Shown here: one piece after another, positions 8,756 to 19,414 of the stretch
How the letters are laid out: the number at the start of each line of letters is the position of its first letter
Position numbering within the stretch: the stretch's first letter is position 1
Assembly: GCA_036759345.1 (NCBI GenBank)
Contig: DAIOUV010000001.1
Span: 29,097-93,096, forward strand
Direction: 5' to 3'
Length of the DNA stretch: 64,000 nucleotides
Origin: Acidobacteriota bacterium
GTDB lineage: Bacteria; Acidobacteriota; Thermoanaerobaculia; UBA5066
Translations under genes and position numbers: made by a program
Notes under the pieces: generated by a model
The model's input: the letters and a program-made list of their open reading frames with translations, nothing else
Told to the model about the DNA's origin: nothing
Databases searched by the model: none

Positions 8756-10423
8756 GTGCCGGGCTCGTTTCGCTACCGTCTCTCCGGCCTCCGTGCCCGG
8801 GCGCCGAAAAGCGTGGACCTCACCGTCGTCGCGCGCGTTCTCGGCGTTTCGCCCGCCGGACTCTCCGATTTCGTCCTCGTGCGCCGGTCTCTGGACGCGC
8901 GCCAGAAGCCCGCGCTCTTCTGGGATCTCAGCGTGGAGTTTTCTTCCGAGGCGCCGCTCGCGCCCCGGCTTTCCCCTCCCCTCCGCCTCGCGGCCGCGCC
9001 GGCTCCTCGCGGCCCCGAGCTTCTCCTCCCCCCGATCGAGCGTGCCGCGAAGACCGCCGTGGTCGGGACGGGGCCCGCGGGCCTCTTCGCGGCGCTCGCG
9101 CTCGTGGACGCGGGAATCGGCGTCACCGTGCTCGAGCGCGGAGATCCGGCCGAAGACCGCTACCGCGCGGTGATGAAGTTCTGGACGTCGGGCGTCTTCG
9201 ACCCCGAGTCGAACGTCCAGTTCGGGGAAGGCGGCGCCGGCACGTTCAGCGACGGGAAGCTGGCCTGCGGCAAGCGCCACGACAAGATCGCGGTCGTCCT
9301 CGAGACGCTGCACCACTTCGGCGCGCCGGCCTCGATCCTCGTCGACGCCAAGCCGCACATCGGCACGGATCGGCTCGTCGTCGTCCTGCGCAACGTCCGC
9401 AAGCACCTTCTCGAGCACGGTGCCACGCTTCGTTACCGCGCCAAGGTCGTGGATCTCGTGACGCGGGGCAAGGACAATCGCCTCCACGGCCTGATCCTGG
9501 CCTCGGGGGAGGAGATCCCGGCGGAGCTCGCGATCTTCGCCCTCGGCCACTCGGCCCGCGACACGATGGAAATGCTCGTCCGGCGCGGCGTCGCGATGAC
9601 CCGCAAGCACTTCGCGATGGGGGTCCGCATCGAGCACCCCCAGGACGCCGTGGACCTCATCCAGTACGCGCAGCTCTCGTCCTCGTGCGGCGTGATGCCC
9701 GCCGACTACAAGCAGGCGCATGTCGCGTCGAACGGGCGCGGCATCTACACGTTCTGCATGTGCCCGGGCGGCGAGGTCATCGCGTGCTCGTCGGAACCCT
9801 CGGGCGTCGTGACGAACGGGATGTCGCGCTACAAGCACTCGTCCGGGTACGCTAATGCAGGGCTGGTCGTCCAGACGCGTGACGAGGACTTCGACGTGAT
9901 GCCGGGCGCGCCGCTGTTCCGGGGGCGCGAGCTTCAGCGCCGCGTCGAGGAGGCGGCGTTTCGAGCCGGAGGCTCGACGTACGCGGCTCCAGCGCTGCGC
10001 GTCACCGATTTCCTGAAGAGCCGCGCGGGGCGCGTCGAGCCGCGCCCGGTCCCCCACACGACGTACGGCCCGGCGATCGTTCCCTGCCTCTTCGACGGCA
10101 TCCTGCCCGAGCCGTATCTCGAGGCTCTCGCCGAAGGGCTGCGGGCGTTCGACAGGAAGATGCCCGGCTTCGTCTCCGACGAAGCGGTCCTTCTCGCTCC
10201 CGAGTCGCGCACGTCCTCGCCCGTGCGCATCGAACGCGACGGGTGGTGCGAGTCGACGACCGTGCCGGGTCTCTTCCCCGCCGGCGAGGGCGCGGGGTTC
10301 GCGGGCGGGATCGTCTCGGCGGCTCTCGACGGCCTCCGCGTCGCGAAGCACGCGCGCGCGAAACTGGCGGGCGAGCCGCTCCCACCCGAGAAGGCGACTA
10401 CCTACACGAGACCGGAGTACTGA
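8756..10423 (+). CDS. Uncharacterised FAD/NAD(P)-dependent oxidoreductase (COG2509-like)
   Basis: [56 protein letters not shown] and [17 protein letters not shown] motifs. The GTG start at 8756 is approximate. Confidence 0.85.
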   Translation: MPGSFRYRLSGLRARAPKSVDLTVVARVLGVSPAGLSDFVLVRRSLDARQKPALFWDLSVEFSSEAPLAPRLSPPLRLAAAPAPRGPELLLPPIERAAKTAVVGTGPAGLFAALALVDAGIGVTVLERGDPAEDRYRAVMKFWTSGVFDPESNVQFGEGGAGTFSDGKLACGKRHDKIAVVLETLHHFGAPASILVDAKPHIGTDRLVVVLRNVRKHLLEHGATLRYRAKVVDLVTRGKDNRLHGLILASGEEIPAELAIFALGHSARDTMEMLVRRGVAMTRKHFAMGVRIEHPQDAVDLIQYAQLSSSCGVMPADYKQAHVASNGRGIYTFCMCPGGEVIACSSEPSGVVTNGMSRYKHSSGYANAGLVVQTRDEDFDVMPGAPLFRGRELQRRVEEAAFRAGGSTYAAPALRVTDFLKSRAGRVEPRPVPHTTYGPAIVPCLFDGILPEPYLEALAEGLRAFDRKMPGFVSDEAVLLAPESRTSSPVRIERDGWCESTTVPGLFPAGEGAGFAGGIVSAALDGLRVAKHARAKLAGEPLPPEKATTYTRPEY

Positions 10424-10424
10424 C

Positions 10425-12368
10425 ATGCGCCGCGTCCTCGTCGGCACCGCCGGCCACATCGACCACGGAAAGAGCGCGCTCGTGCGGGCGCTCACGGGGA
10501 CCGACCCCGACCGCCTGCCGGAGGAGAAGGCGCGCGGCATCACGATCGACCTCGGATTCGCCCACGCCGTGTGGGACGACACGATGTTCTCGTTCGTGGA
10601 CGTGCCCGGCCACGAGAAGTTCGTGAGGACGATGGTCGCCGGGGCGCAGGGGGTGGATCTCGTCCTCTTCGCCGTCGCGTCGGACGATTCCGTCATGCCG
10701 CAGACCCGCGAACATCTCGACATCCTGAAGCTCCTGGGGGTCGGGGCGGGCGTGATCGCTCGCACGAAGAGCGACCTCGCGGACGCCGACACTGGCGCTC
10801 TGGTGGAAGACGAGATCCGCGCCCTCGTCAAGGGCTCGTTCCTCGCGAACGCTCCCCTCGTCGCCGTTTCGGCCGTCACCGGCGCCGGTCTCGACGCGCT
10901 GAAGGCAGCCCTGACCCGGGCGGCGCGCGGCGTCGTGCGCGAGGACCGCACGAAACGCGTGCCGCGCCTGTTCCTCGACCGCGCTTTCACGATGAAGGGC
11001 TTCGGGCCCGTCGTCACGGGAACGCTCGACGGCGGCCGTATCGCCGCCCTGGACACGCTCACGCTCTTTCCCGGGCTGCACGACGTGCGCGTGCGGCGAA
11101 TCGAAGTGCACGGCGAGGAGCGCCGGGAGGCGTGGGCCGGGGAACGGACGAGCTTGAACCTCGCCGGGGTCGAACGTTTGACCCTGCACCGGGGCCAGGC
11201 GCTCGCGGCGCGCGGAGGGCTCGAGTCCTCCTCCGTGCTGACGGCCGAGGTCACCTGGCTGCCTTCCGTCAGGAGCCCCCTCACCGACGGCGCGCGCCTG
11301 CGCGTTCATCTCGGGACCGCCGATATCGCCGGGCGCGTTCACCTTCTCGGGGCGAGTCCCGGGGCGGACACTCCCGGCGAACGCGCGTTCGTGCCTGGCT
11401 CGAAAGGCTTCTTTCAGATCACGCTGGAGTCGCCGGTGCCCGCGCGCCCCGGAGATCGCTTCGTCCTCAGGCGGCCTTCGCCCGTCGAGACGGTGGGAGG
11501 CGGGCGCGTGCTCGACGCCGGGCGCCCGCGTCTCAAGCGCCGGAGCGGCGCGGAGGCGAGCCACGCAGCTCACCTCCTCTCCGTCCTCTCCGTGCTCTCC
11601 GGCGGCGACGAAGGGGACCTCGCGGACCTCTTCCTCCTCGAAGCCGGTCCCTCGGGCCTCACCGCGGCCCGCCTCGGGCCGCGCCTCGGCGTGTCGGCTC
11701 CGGCGGCCGCCGCTCTCCTCGACGCGCTCTCCTCCTCCGGCAAGGCCCTGCGCATCGCGCCCGCGCTCTATGCGCATGCCGGGACCGCGTCCTCCCTCGC
11801 GGAACGCGCCGCCGCCGCGTTCGCCGAGCGCCGGAAGAGTGGCGGCGTCTCCGTCTCGTTCGCGAAGAGCGAGTTTGCCGAGCGGCTCGGAAGGGCCCTT
11901 TCACCCGCCGCCGCAGACGGATGGATCGCCGTTCTTCTCGCCTCGAAGAAAATCGCGCTCGACGGTGACCGCATCGTCCCGCCCGGCGCGAAGGCCGCGG
12001 ATCTCGCCGGCGACTCGGCTTCTTTTGCGGCGAAGATCGCGGAGGGGTTTCGCGCGGCGGGGTTCGAGCCGCCTCACCCTCACGAGCTCGCGCGCGTCCT
12101 CGGCACGAAACCGGCCGTCGTCGAGGGTCTCGTGTCGCATCTCGTGAAGTCCGGCACGCTCGTGCGGCTCTCGCCCGACCTCGTCGTTCACCGCGACGTC
12201 GCTCTCGCCGCGGAGCAAAAGCTCGACTCCGCGCGGGGGCAGACGCTGAGCGTCGCTGGCTTCCGGGATCTCCTCGGCCTCACGCGCAAGACGCTAATTC
12301 CGCTGCTCGAGTATTTCGACGCGAAGAAAAAGACCCGGCGCATGGGCGATGTGAGGAAAGTCGAGTAG
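10425..12368 (+). CDS. selB: Selenocysteine-specific elongation factor SelB
   Basis: [25 protein letters not shown] and DVPGHEKFV motifs, plus C-terminal winged helices ending [21 protein letters not shown]. Confidence 0.95.
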   Translation: MRRVLVGTAGHIDHGKSALVRALTGTDPDRLPEEKARGITIDLGFAHAVWDDTMFSFVDVPGHEKFVRTMVAGAQGVDLVLFAVASDDSVMPQTREHLDILKLLGVGAGVIARTKSDLADADTGALVEDEIRALVKGSFLANAPLVAVSAVTGAGLDALKAALTRAARGVVREDRTKRVPRLFLDRAFTMKGFGPVVTGTLDGGRIAALDTLTLFPGLHDVRVRRIEVHGEERREAWAGERTSLNLAGVERLTLHRGQALAARGGLESSSVLTAEVTWLPSVRSPLTDGARLRVHLGTADIAGRVHLLGASPGADTPGERAFVPGSKGFFQITLESPVPARPGDRFVLRRPSPVETVGGGRVLDAGRPRLKRRSGAEASHAAHLLSVLSVLSGGDEGDLADLFLLEAGPSGLTAARLGPRLGVSAPAAAALLDALSSSGKALRIAPALYAHAGTASSLAERAAAAFAERRKSGGVSVSFAKSEFAERLGRALSPAAADGWIAVLLASKKIALDGDRIVPPGAKAADLAGDSASFAAKIAEGFRAAGFEPPHPHELARVLGTKPAVVEGLVSHLVKSGTLVRLSPDLVVHRDVALAAEQKLDSARGQTLSVAGFRDLLGLTRKTLIPLLEYFDAKKKTRRMGDVRKVE

Positions 12369-12374
12369 ATCGAA

Positions 12375-13277
12375 TTATTTCGGCGTGGCGCGCAGGTTCT
12401 TCTTGACCACACGCTCGCTCTTTTTCTTCGCCGAGTCGAGCGTGTAGTCGAGCGTGGCGTCGAGTGCCATCCAGCACGAGACGGGGCGGCCGCCTGAAAC
12501 GGCCGGCGTGAAGCGCCACTTCGCCGCGAACGCCTTCAGCCAGAGCCCGAGGAGAGGTTCCGTTTCGCCCGTCGGAAGAAACCGGTTGACCATGCCCTGC
12601 TCGGAAACCTCGACGAGAGCGGTCACGCGGGCGCGCGCGCGCGACGCGTCGAGGCTCCACGGGGTTTTCTCGGGGGAGGGGAGCACGTCGACGTCCTCGA
12701 TCGAGACCGCCGCCGGGTCCTTCGGGTCGATTTCGCGCGGATAACGCGCCATCCACGCATCGCCGGTCGTGTCCGGAACCGTCGCGACGAGCGGGTCGTC
12801 CTTCCGGATCGGCTCGAGGGTGAAGGCCGTGAAGGCCGCCTTCTCGAGTGAAATCGCGAGATCGATGCCGTACGTCGCCCACGTGAGAACCGGCTGGCCG
12901 CCCTTCTTCGCGGGAGTGAACCGCCAGCGGGGCACAAGCGCGGGAAGGGGCGTCGCGAACGCCTTGAGCGCGGGCTCGACGGGAAAGGCCTCGGCCACGC
13001 GCCCAGTCTCGAGAAGATGCACCGTGAAGAGGAGCGGCTGGCGCGTCGCGAGATCGGGCGGGTTCGTGCGTTCGGCGAGCTTCGGCGCGTCGTCGAGCGC
13101 GCGGGAAAGCGGATGGACGAACGCGACCTCGGCGGGCGTCAGGCGCGCGACGTCGGGCAGCGCCTCGACTGGCCGGAGGGCCGGCGTCTGGGCCTGCGCG
13201 CTTCCCGCGCTTCCCGCAAAGCCCGCGAGGCTCGCGGAAGTGAGCACCGCGGCGGCGACGAGAAAGGCGGGACGCAT
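12375..13277 (-). CDS. Exported protein with two TonB-C-terminal-like repeats
   Basis: Signal peptide at the ATG 13277; two WRFTPA-x2-GG-x-PV motifs. Confidence 0.55.
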   Translation of the reverse strand: MRPAFLVAAAVLTSASLAGFAGSAGSAQAQTPALRPVEALPDVARLTPAEVAFVHPLSRALDDAPKLAERTNPPDLATRQPLLFTVHLLETGRVAEAFPVEPALKAFATPLPALVPRWRFTPAKKGGQPVLTWATYGIDLAISLEKAAFTAFTLEPIRKDDPLVATVPDTTGDAWMARYPREIDPKDPAAVSIEDVDVLPSPEKTPWSLDASRARARVTALVEVSEQGMVNRFLPTGETEPLLGLWLKAFAAKWRFTPAVSGGRPVSCWMALDATLDYTLDSAKKKSERVVKKNLRATPK

Positions 13278-13327
13278 CCGGATGATTCTAGCGGGAGCCG
13301 CCGCGGATTGGCCCCTCCGGCGGCTTT

Positions 13328-16123
13328 TCACTTCGCCTGCGCCCAGTTTCGGCCCTGGCCCACGTGGACGGTGAGCGGCACCGAGAGCGTCGCCGCGCCT
13401 TCCATCGTCGCTTTCGCGAGAGACGCGGTCTTTCCCGCGAGGGCCTCCGGGCACTCGAGAACGAGCTCGTCGTGCACCTGCAGGAGCAGCCGCGCCTCCG
13501 GGATCTCGCGGGTGAGCGCCGCGTCGAGACGGAGCATCGCGATCTTGATGAGATCCGCGGCCGCTCCCTGAAACGGGGCGTTCATCGCCATCCGCTCGGC
13601 GTTCGCGCGCACGTTGTGATTCCGGTCGTGGAGGCCGGGGATGGGCCGCACGCGCCCGAAGATCGTCTCGGTGCCGCCCGTCGCGCGGGCCTTCTCGAGG
13701 ACGGCGTCGAGACACGCGCGGATTCTCGGGAACCGCTCGAAATAGGCGGCGATGAACTCCCTGGCCTCCGCGCGCGGGACGCCGAGCTGCGCCGCCAGCG
13801 CGAACGGACCCATGCCGTAGAGCACGCCGAAGTTGATCGTCTTCGCGCTGCGGCGCTGGTCCGGCGTCACGGCCGCAGGAGAGAGACCGAAGATCTTCGC
13901 AGCCGTGGCCCGGTGGATGTCTTCCCCGCGCCTGAACGTCTCGAGAAGCGCCTCGTCCCCCGACAGGTGCGCGAGGAGGCGAAGCTCGATCTGGGAGTAG
14001 TCCGCGGCCACGAGGACCCGGCCGGGCGGCGCGACGAAGGCCCGGCGAATCGCACGGCCGGCCTCCGTGCGGACGGGGATGTTCTGGAGGTTCGGCGCAT
14101 TCGAGGAGAGGCGCCCCGTCGCCGCAACCGCCTGGTCGTAGCGCGTGTGGATGCGCCCGTCGGCGGCGATGGCCAGGGGAAGCGCATCCACATACGTGCC
14201 CTTCAGCTTCGAGATCTCGCGCCACTCGAGGACGAGCCCCGGCACGGGACCCGTCGACAGCGCGGCCAGCTCCTCGAGCACGTCGGAGTCCGTCGCCCAG
14301 GATTTCGTCTTGGCCGTCTTCTTCACGGCGGGATACGCCAGTTTCTCGAACAGGATCCGCCCGAGCTGCGCGGGCGACCCGATGTTGAAGGGCTCTCCCG
14401 CCGCTTCGATGATCTTCGTTTCGAGCACGGCGAGCCGCCCGTCGAATTCCTTCGACATCTCGGCGAGCACACCTCGGTCGACCGCGACGCCCGCGATCTC
14501 CATGCGCGCGAGGACGGGGATCAGCGGCAGCTCGATGTCGTCAAGGACGCTTCTGAGGGCCGAGCCCTCCGCGAGACGCGGCGCGAGCGTGTCGAGGAGC
14601 GCGAGGGGGAGACGGGCCCGGGGAAGGAGCCACTTCCGCCCGGCTTCCGACGCGAGGAGGTCGAGCGTGACGGGCGCTCCGCCAGTGAGATCCTTCAGGG
14701 GCGGCACCGCCTCCGGCGGGAGGTTCAGGATGCCCCGCGCGTCGCCCGCGAGATCGTGCGCGTGTAGACCCGGCGAGACGACGTAGCTCGCGAGCATGGA
14801 GTCGACAACGTGAGCGGGAGGCGCGATCCCGAGCGCGTCGGCCGCGAGGTAGAGCCGCTTGGCGTCGTGGGCGACGAGGGGCACGTCCCGAAAGAGAGCC
14901 GCGAGCGCTCGTGTTCCGGCCTCGTCGAGAGCGAAGGCCACGGTCTCGCCACCCGGCACCGCCACGACCGCCGCGAGCGGCGGCGCCGGCCAGGGCGCTC
15001 CGGGACCGGACTCCACGTGGACAGCCGCGCGGCCCGCCTTCCGCGCGGACGCGTCGAGCGCCGCGAGGCCCGACGCCGACGATTCCCATCGCGTCCTGTC
15101 CGGCGCGCCCGCCGGCACGGCCTCGTCGTCGAAAAGGGAAAGCGTGGACGGAACCCTCGAGGCCGCAGGAGCCGTCGGAGCCGCTTTCGCGGGACCGCCC
15201 GGGCGCGACTCGAGAAGCTCCTTCCTGAGCCTCGCGAACCCCATCTCCTCGTAGAACGCCGCGAGCTCGGCCACGGCTTCGTCCGGAAGGGGGCGGATGC
15301 GGAAGTGCTCGAGCAGATTCTCCGGGGCCGCCGGCAGCGGCCGGTCGCAGCGCACCGTCGCGAGCGTCCGGGAAAGGAGCGCGTCTTCCCGCCCGTTCGC
15401 GAGCGTCTCCTGGCGTTTGCCTTTCACCTCGTGAAGCCGCGCGTAGATGTCGTCCAGCGACCCGAACGTCGTGACGAGCTCCTTCGCCGTCTTCTCGCCG
15501 ATTCCCCGGACGCCCGGGATGTTGTCCGACGAGTCGCCCATGAGCGCGAGGACGTCGATCACACGGGACGGCGGGACGCCGAAGAACTCCGTGACGCCCG
15601 CCTCGTCCAGGAGACGCTCCTGCACGGGATGCCAGACGACGACGGTCGGGTCCTTCACGAGCTGGAAAAGGTCCTTGTCGGCAGAGGCGATCTCGACGCG
15701 CACCCCCGCGCCCGAGGCCGCGACCGCGATCGAGCCGATGAGGTCGTCCGCCTCGTAGCCCGCTTCCTCGACCACGGCGAGGCCGAGAAGCCGGCAGACT
15801 CTCTTGGCGTCCTCGATCTGCGGCACGAGATCGTCCGGCATCGCCTGCCGATGGGCCTTGTAGCTCGAGTCCATCTCCTCGCGGAACGTCTTCTCGTACC
15901 GGTCGAAGCACACGGCGACCGCTTCGGGCTTCCGCGTCTCGCGATACTTCCGCCACATGTTCAGGAAGCCGTAGACGGCGTTCGTCGGCCGGCCTCCGGG
16001 GCCCGTGAGCCCGCGGATCGCGTAAAACGCGCGATAAAGATAGTTCGAGGCGTCGAGAAGCGCGAGAGTCGGGAGCGGATTCGCCGGCGAATTCGCCGGT
16101 GGATTCACCAGTGGATACTCCAT
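13328..16123 (-). CDS. polA: DNA polymerase I (5'-3' exonuclease, degenerate proofreading domain, polymerase)
   Basis: LLDASNYLYRAFYA, EADDLIGS, GDSSDNIPGV, ATGRLSSNAPNLQNIP, ADYSQIELR, KTINFGVLYG and QVHDELV motifs. Confidence 0.97.
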   Translation of the reverse strand: MEYPLVNPPANSPANPLPTLALLDASNYLYRAFYAIRGLTGPGGRPTNAVYGFLNMWRKYRETRKPEAVAVCFDRYEKTFREEMDSSYKAHRQAMPDDLVPQIEDAKRVCRLLGLAVVEEAGYEADDLIGSIAVAASGAGVRVEIASADKDLFQLVKDPTVVVWHPVQERLLDEAGVTEFFGVPPSRVIDVLALMGDSSDNIPGVRGIGEKTAKELVTTFGSLDDIYARLHEVKGKRQETLANGREDALLSRTLATVRCDRPLPAAPENLLEHFRIRPLPDEAVAELAAFYEEMGFARLRKELLESRPGGPAKAAPTAPAASRVPSTLSLFDDEAVPAGAPDRTRWESSASGLAALDASARKAGRAAVHVESGPGAPWPAPPLAAVVAVPGGETVAFALDEAGTRALAALFRDVPLVAHDAKRLYLAADALGIAPPAHVVDSMLASYVVSPGLHAHDLAGDARGILNLPPEAVPPLKDLTGGAPVTLDLLASEAGRKWLLPRARLPLALLDTLAPRLAEGSALRSVLDDIELPLIPVLARMEIAGVAVDRGVLAEMSKEFDGRLAVLETKIIEAAGEPFNIGSPAQLGRILFEKLAYPAVKKTAKTKSWATDSDVLEELAALSTGPVPGLVLEWREISKLKGTYVDALPLAIAADGRIHTRYDQAVAATGRLSSNAPNLQNIPVRTEAGRAIRRAFVAPPGRVLVAADYSQIELRLLAHLSGDEALLETFRRGEDIHRATAAKIFGLSPAAVTPDQRRSAKTINFGVLYGMGPFALAAQLGVPRAEAREFIAAYFERFPRIRACLDAVLEKARATGGTETIFGRVRPIPGLHDRNHNVRANAERMAMNAPFQGAAADLIKIAMLRLDAALTREIPEARLLLQVHDELVLECPEALAGKTASLAKATMEGAATLSVPLTVHVGQGRNWAQAK

Positions 16124-16154
16124 TGCCCGCGAGTCTATCCGGCGGAGCGCACGC

Positions 16155-17720
16155 TCACGGGCTCACCGCCACGTCCACGTCCACGGGCGCGAGGTCGCGG
16201 CGAGAGAGACGGAGCGCGAGGCGCACAGTGGGCCAGACCGGCGGATCCGCGGAAAGGCGCACGCCGACGCGCCCCCCCGCGGGGGCCCCCGCGATGGCCG
16301 CTTCGATCGCCGCGGTTTCCGCCGCGCCGTATGAGAACCGGTACGCCGCGCGCGCCGCCGTCGTCGCCTGCCAGCGCGTATCGCCGCGGCCCAGGGCGAG
16401 AATCACGGCCGAAGCTGCGAGCGCGGCCTCCCGCCACCATCTTCCCGGCCATGACGCTCCCGCCGCGAGGCCGGAGGCGGCCGCCGCAAAAAGGCCCGGC
16501 GCCAGGCACGCGAGAAAGCGCGGTTCCACGGGGTATGCGCTCAGCGACATGACGGCCACCGGCCAGATCGCGAAGGCCGCGAGCGCGCGGCGCGTCTTGT
16601 TGCCCGGCAGGACGAGCGCAAGGACGACGCCGAGCGCCACGAGGCCGGCGGCTCCCGCGCCGATCGTGTAGTCCTCGCGCAGGAATCCCCAGAAGGCCGA
16701 AAGCTTCGCGAGAGGGTTTCGTTCGGGCGCCTCCGTGGGCAGAAAGATCTGCCGGTACCAGCCGCGCACGTTCGCGGGATCGAGACACCACACGGCACAC
16801 GGCAGAGCGCCGAAGAGAGCGAGGTCGCGAAGGGTCCCCGACGCCCCGTTCCACGCCTCCGCGAGCGACTGCCGCCTCACGGCGCCGAAAAGGACGAGGA
16901 GTAAGAAGGCGCCCCAGGCGACGTTCGACACGCTCGGCACGCGCCGGGCGAGGACGTCTCCCCCGCGCGCTTCGAGGACGAAACGCACGGCCGAAAGAAG
17001 GAAGGCGAGCGCAAGAATTCCGCTGCCCGCGCCCCTCAGCAGGAGCGCGCGCGCCGCCGCGGCGAGGCGGCGCTTCGATCCCGGGCTCTCCTCCCGCCAC
17101 ACGACGAATCCGAGCGTGGCGAGGACGAAGAACCCGAAATGATATTTCAGGAGGAAGAGCAGGGTCCCCGCGAGAAACGCCATTCTTCGCGCCCCGGGCT
17201 CCTCGCGCCTCGCGAAAAACAGGAACGCCACGAGCGCGACGAGACCGCCGAGGCTCTCGAGCATCGGCCACGCGGAGATCTCGAGAAGCATGGGCGAGCG
17301 CAGGAAAAACCCCGCAACGACGAACCCGGTCAGGACGGCCGACACAGGCCCCATCGCAGGGACGAGGCGGCGCGCGAGGAGAAACGCCACGGCGGGCGCG
17401 AGGACGAATGCCACGAGGCTCGGCAGGCTCGCGGCCGCGAGGGACGGTCCGAACGCCGCCTGGAAGGGCGCGCTCACGAGCGCCCACGCGGGTCCCCACC
17501 AATGGCGGCTCACGAGGAGAGAGAACGCGTCCAGCGGACGGCCGAGCCTCATGTCGTCGAAGAGATCGAGGCCTTCCGTCGCGTGCAGCGCCGCGTCCCA
17601 GCCGAGGGAGACGAGGGGTGTGAGGTGGAGCGTCTCCGCCCGGAATGGCAGCGCGACGACGAGTGCCAGGAGCGCGAGGACGGCCGCCACCGCTCCGTCG
17701 ACGACCCTCTCCCGGCTCAT
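16155..17720 (-). CDS. Polytopic membrane protein, probable GT-C fold glycosyltransferase
   Basis: More than 10 hydrophobic segments, LFLLKYHFG and PVEPRFL motifs, soluble C-terminal tail. Confidence 0.5.
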   Translation of the reverse strand: MSRERVVDGAVAAVLALLALVVALPFRAETLHLTPLVSLGWDAALHATEGLDLFDDMRLGRPLDAFSLLVSRHWWGPAWALVSAPFQAAFGPSLAAASLPSLVAFVLAPAVAFLLARRLVPAMGPVSAVLTGFVVAGFFLRSPMLLEISAWPMLESLGGLVALVAFLFFARREEPGARRMAFLAGTLLFLLKYHFGFFVLATLGFVVWREESPGSKRRLAAAARALLLRGAGSGILALAFLLSAVRFVLEARGGDVLARRVPSVSNVAWGAFLLLVLFGAVRRQSLAEAWNGASGTLRDLALFGALPCAVWCLDPANVRGWYRQIFLPTEAPERNPLAKLSAFWGFLREDYTIGAGAAGLVALGVVLALVLPGNKTRRALAAFAIWPVAVMSLSAYPVEPRFLACLAPGLFAAAASGLAAGASWPGRWWREAALAASAVILALGRGDTRWQATTAARAAYRFSYGAAETAAIEAAIAGAPAGGRVGVRLSADPPVWPTVRLALRLSRRDLAPVDVDVAVSP

Positions 17721-17738
17721 CCTCGGGAGTCTATCGGC

Positions 17739-18782
17739 CTAATCGTAGATGATCGACCCGGGGTCGAACCGGTCGCCCGTGTCCGGCCCGTTCCATTTTC
17801 CGTGGTTCAGATCGTAGTGCCAGCCGAAGGACGTGTACGGAAACCGGAAGTAGGTACCCAGCGCCAGCAAGGCCTTTCCCCACCATTTCTTCTCCGGCAC
17901 GCCCGCCGCGAGAAGCACCTCGCGCAGGTTCAGGCCGATCTCGACGCCGACGTTGCGCTCGCGGACGGGCGCGGCCGAGTAGCGGTAGCCCTTCGAGCCG
18001 TACGTCATCGAGAGAAGCAGGAAGCGCGCGGGCCCCGGCTCGAGGCCGAGACGCGGAAGAAAGCCGCTGAGCTTGAGATCGGCCGAGTAGATCTCCGTCG
18101 AGTAGTCGTCGCCGTAGCCGCCGTAGCGGCAGCACGCGTCGGGGATGAGCGTCTTCACGCGTCCGAAACGGAGTCCCACCGTGTCGTGCAGGCCCCACGC
18201 GTCGATCCCCGTCCCGAGGAGAGCGCCGATCGCGTTCGCGGTCTCGTCTTCCCACGAGAAGCCGTACTGCGAGAAGCCGTCTCCGGCCTCAATGAGAAGC
18301 CCCGTCACGACCGTCACGCCGAGGGCGAGGCCGCGGGCCTCGGCGGGCGTCTTGCCGAGCGACCGGTAGATGCCCTGAAGCGTGAGCGTCGAAATGTAGC
18401 CGAGGAAGATGTGCGACGCCTTGTCGGCGCCGCCGGCATACGTGTCCCTCTGGAACCAGCGCTCGTTCGCGAACTCGAAGCTCGAGCGGCTCGACGTACG
18501 CCACCAGGCGAAATAGCCGACCACGGGCGCGCCGAGGACGACGCTCGCCGTCACGATCTTCGTCTTCGTGTCGAAGAGCCGCGGAGGCGGCAGGGGGGCC
18601 GTCGTCGCAGGCGGGCCGACCGTCGCCCCGGCCGTCGCCGGCTCCTCCGCGAAGTAAAAGCCCGGGGCCGGAGAAAACGCGTCGCCCGGCCGCTCGAAGC
18701 CGAGGAGGCGCGCGTCGGCGGGGCGCGAGAGGGCTGCGAGGAGGAGGGCGGCGCCGGCCGCCCGGCGGGCCTGCGGCCTCAC
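17739..18782 (-). CDS. DUF2279/YfiM-like exported protein
   Basis: WFQRDTYAGGADKASH, EAGDGFSQYGFSWED and DDYSTEIY motifs. The GTG start overlaps the upstream stop (GTGA). Confidence 0.75.
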   Translation of the reverse strand: MRPQARRAAGAALLLAALSRPADARLLGFERPGDAFSPAPGFYFAEEPATAGATVGPPATTAPLPPPRLFDTKTKIVTASVVLGAPVVGYFAWWRTSSRSSFEFANERWFQRDTYAGGADKASHIFLGYISTLTLQGIYRSLGKTPAEARGLALGVTVVTGLLIEAGDGFSQYGFSWEDETANAIGALLGTGIDAWGLHDTVGLRFGRVKTLIPDACCRYGGYGDDYSTEIYSADLKLSGFLPRLGLEPGPARFLLLSMTYGSKGYRYSAAPVRERNVGVEIGLNLREVLLAAGVPEKKWWGKALLALGTYFRFPYTSFGWHYDLNHGKWNGPDTGDRFDPGSIIYD

Positions 18783-19414
18783 CCGGCGAGACCGCGGGTA
18801 CGGGCCAGCGCGCGCGTCTTCTCGAGAGCTTCCGAGACCTTCTTCTCGAGATCGTCGGCATCCCCGCGGAAGCTGCGCGAAAGCTCCGGGTCCGACACGC
18901 CCGGGAGATTGATCCGCACGTTCGCGAGCGCGCCGAGCGCGGCGCCGTGAAGGAGCAAGGCCGCGACCCACGCGTCGGACGCCGCATTCGGATTGCCCTT
19001 CTCGAATACGAGGGGCGCGACCTTCAGGCCCTCGTGCGCGAAAAAGGCCGTCTGCATCGGCACGGCGGTCGCGAGGACGTTCGCCGCGTCGATCGCGCGC
19101 TGGCGCGACACCTTGTCCGCATCGGACTCCTTCGGGAGCCGGCGCGCGGCCACGACCGCGTCGAATGCCTTCGTGTCCTCGTCCACGAGCTCCAGAAGCC
19201 TCAGCCGGGCTGCGTGCAGCCGATCGGCAAGCGGTTCGAGGTCTCCCCACGACGCGCGGTATTTCTCTTTTCCGAACGTGAGACCGACAACCATTTCGAG
19301 GAGCGAAGCACCGAACGCGCCGGCCGCCGCCGAAGCCGAGCCGCCGCCGGGAGCGGGGGCGTCGGACGCGAGGGACCCCGCGAATTCCGAGACGGAGAGA
19401 GCGCCGAGCGTCAT
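18779..19414 (-). CDS. Formiminotetrahydrofolate cyclodeaminase/cyclohydrolase family (FTCD_C)
   Basis: LASDAPAPGGGSASA, LVDEDTKAF, GNPNAASDA and NVRINL motifs. ATGA overlap with hutI. Confidence 0.9.
   Translation of the reverse strand: MTLGALSVSEFAGSLASDAPAPGGGSASAAAGAFGASLLEMVVGLTFGKEKYRASWGDLEPLADRLHAARLRLLELVDEDTKAFDAVVAARRLPKESDADKVSRQRAIDAANVLATAVPMQTAFFAHEGLKVAPLVFEKGNPNAASDAWVAALLLHGAALGALANVRINLPGVSDPELSRSFRGDADDLEKKVSEALEKTRALARTRGLAG

Noticed and set aside
8720-11284. 854-aa minus-strand ORF
   Set aside because: It is the antisense shadow of the flavoprotein and selB. It is Arg/Pro-rich with no motifs, as expected at this GC content.
10425-12368. Selenoproteins implied by selB
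   Set aside because: At the TGA stops I checked (cutA, flavoprotein, erpA, small ORFs) no conserved sequence continues past the stop. This was not an exhaustive SECIS search.
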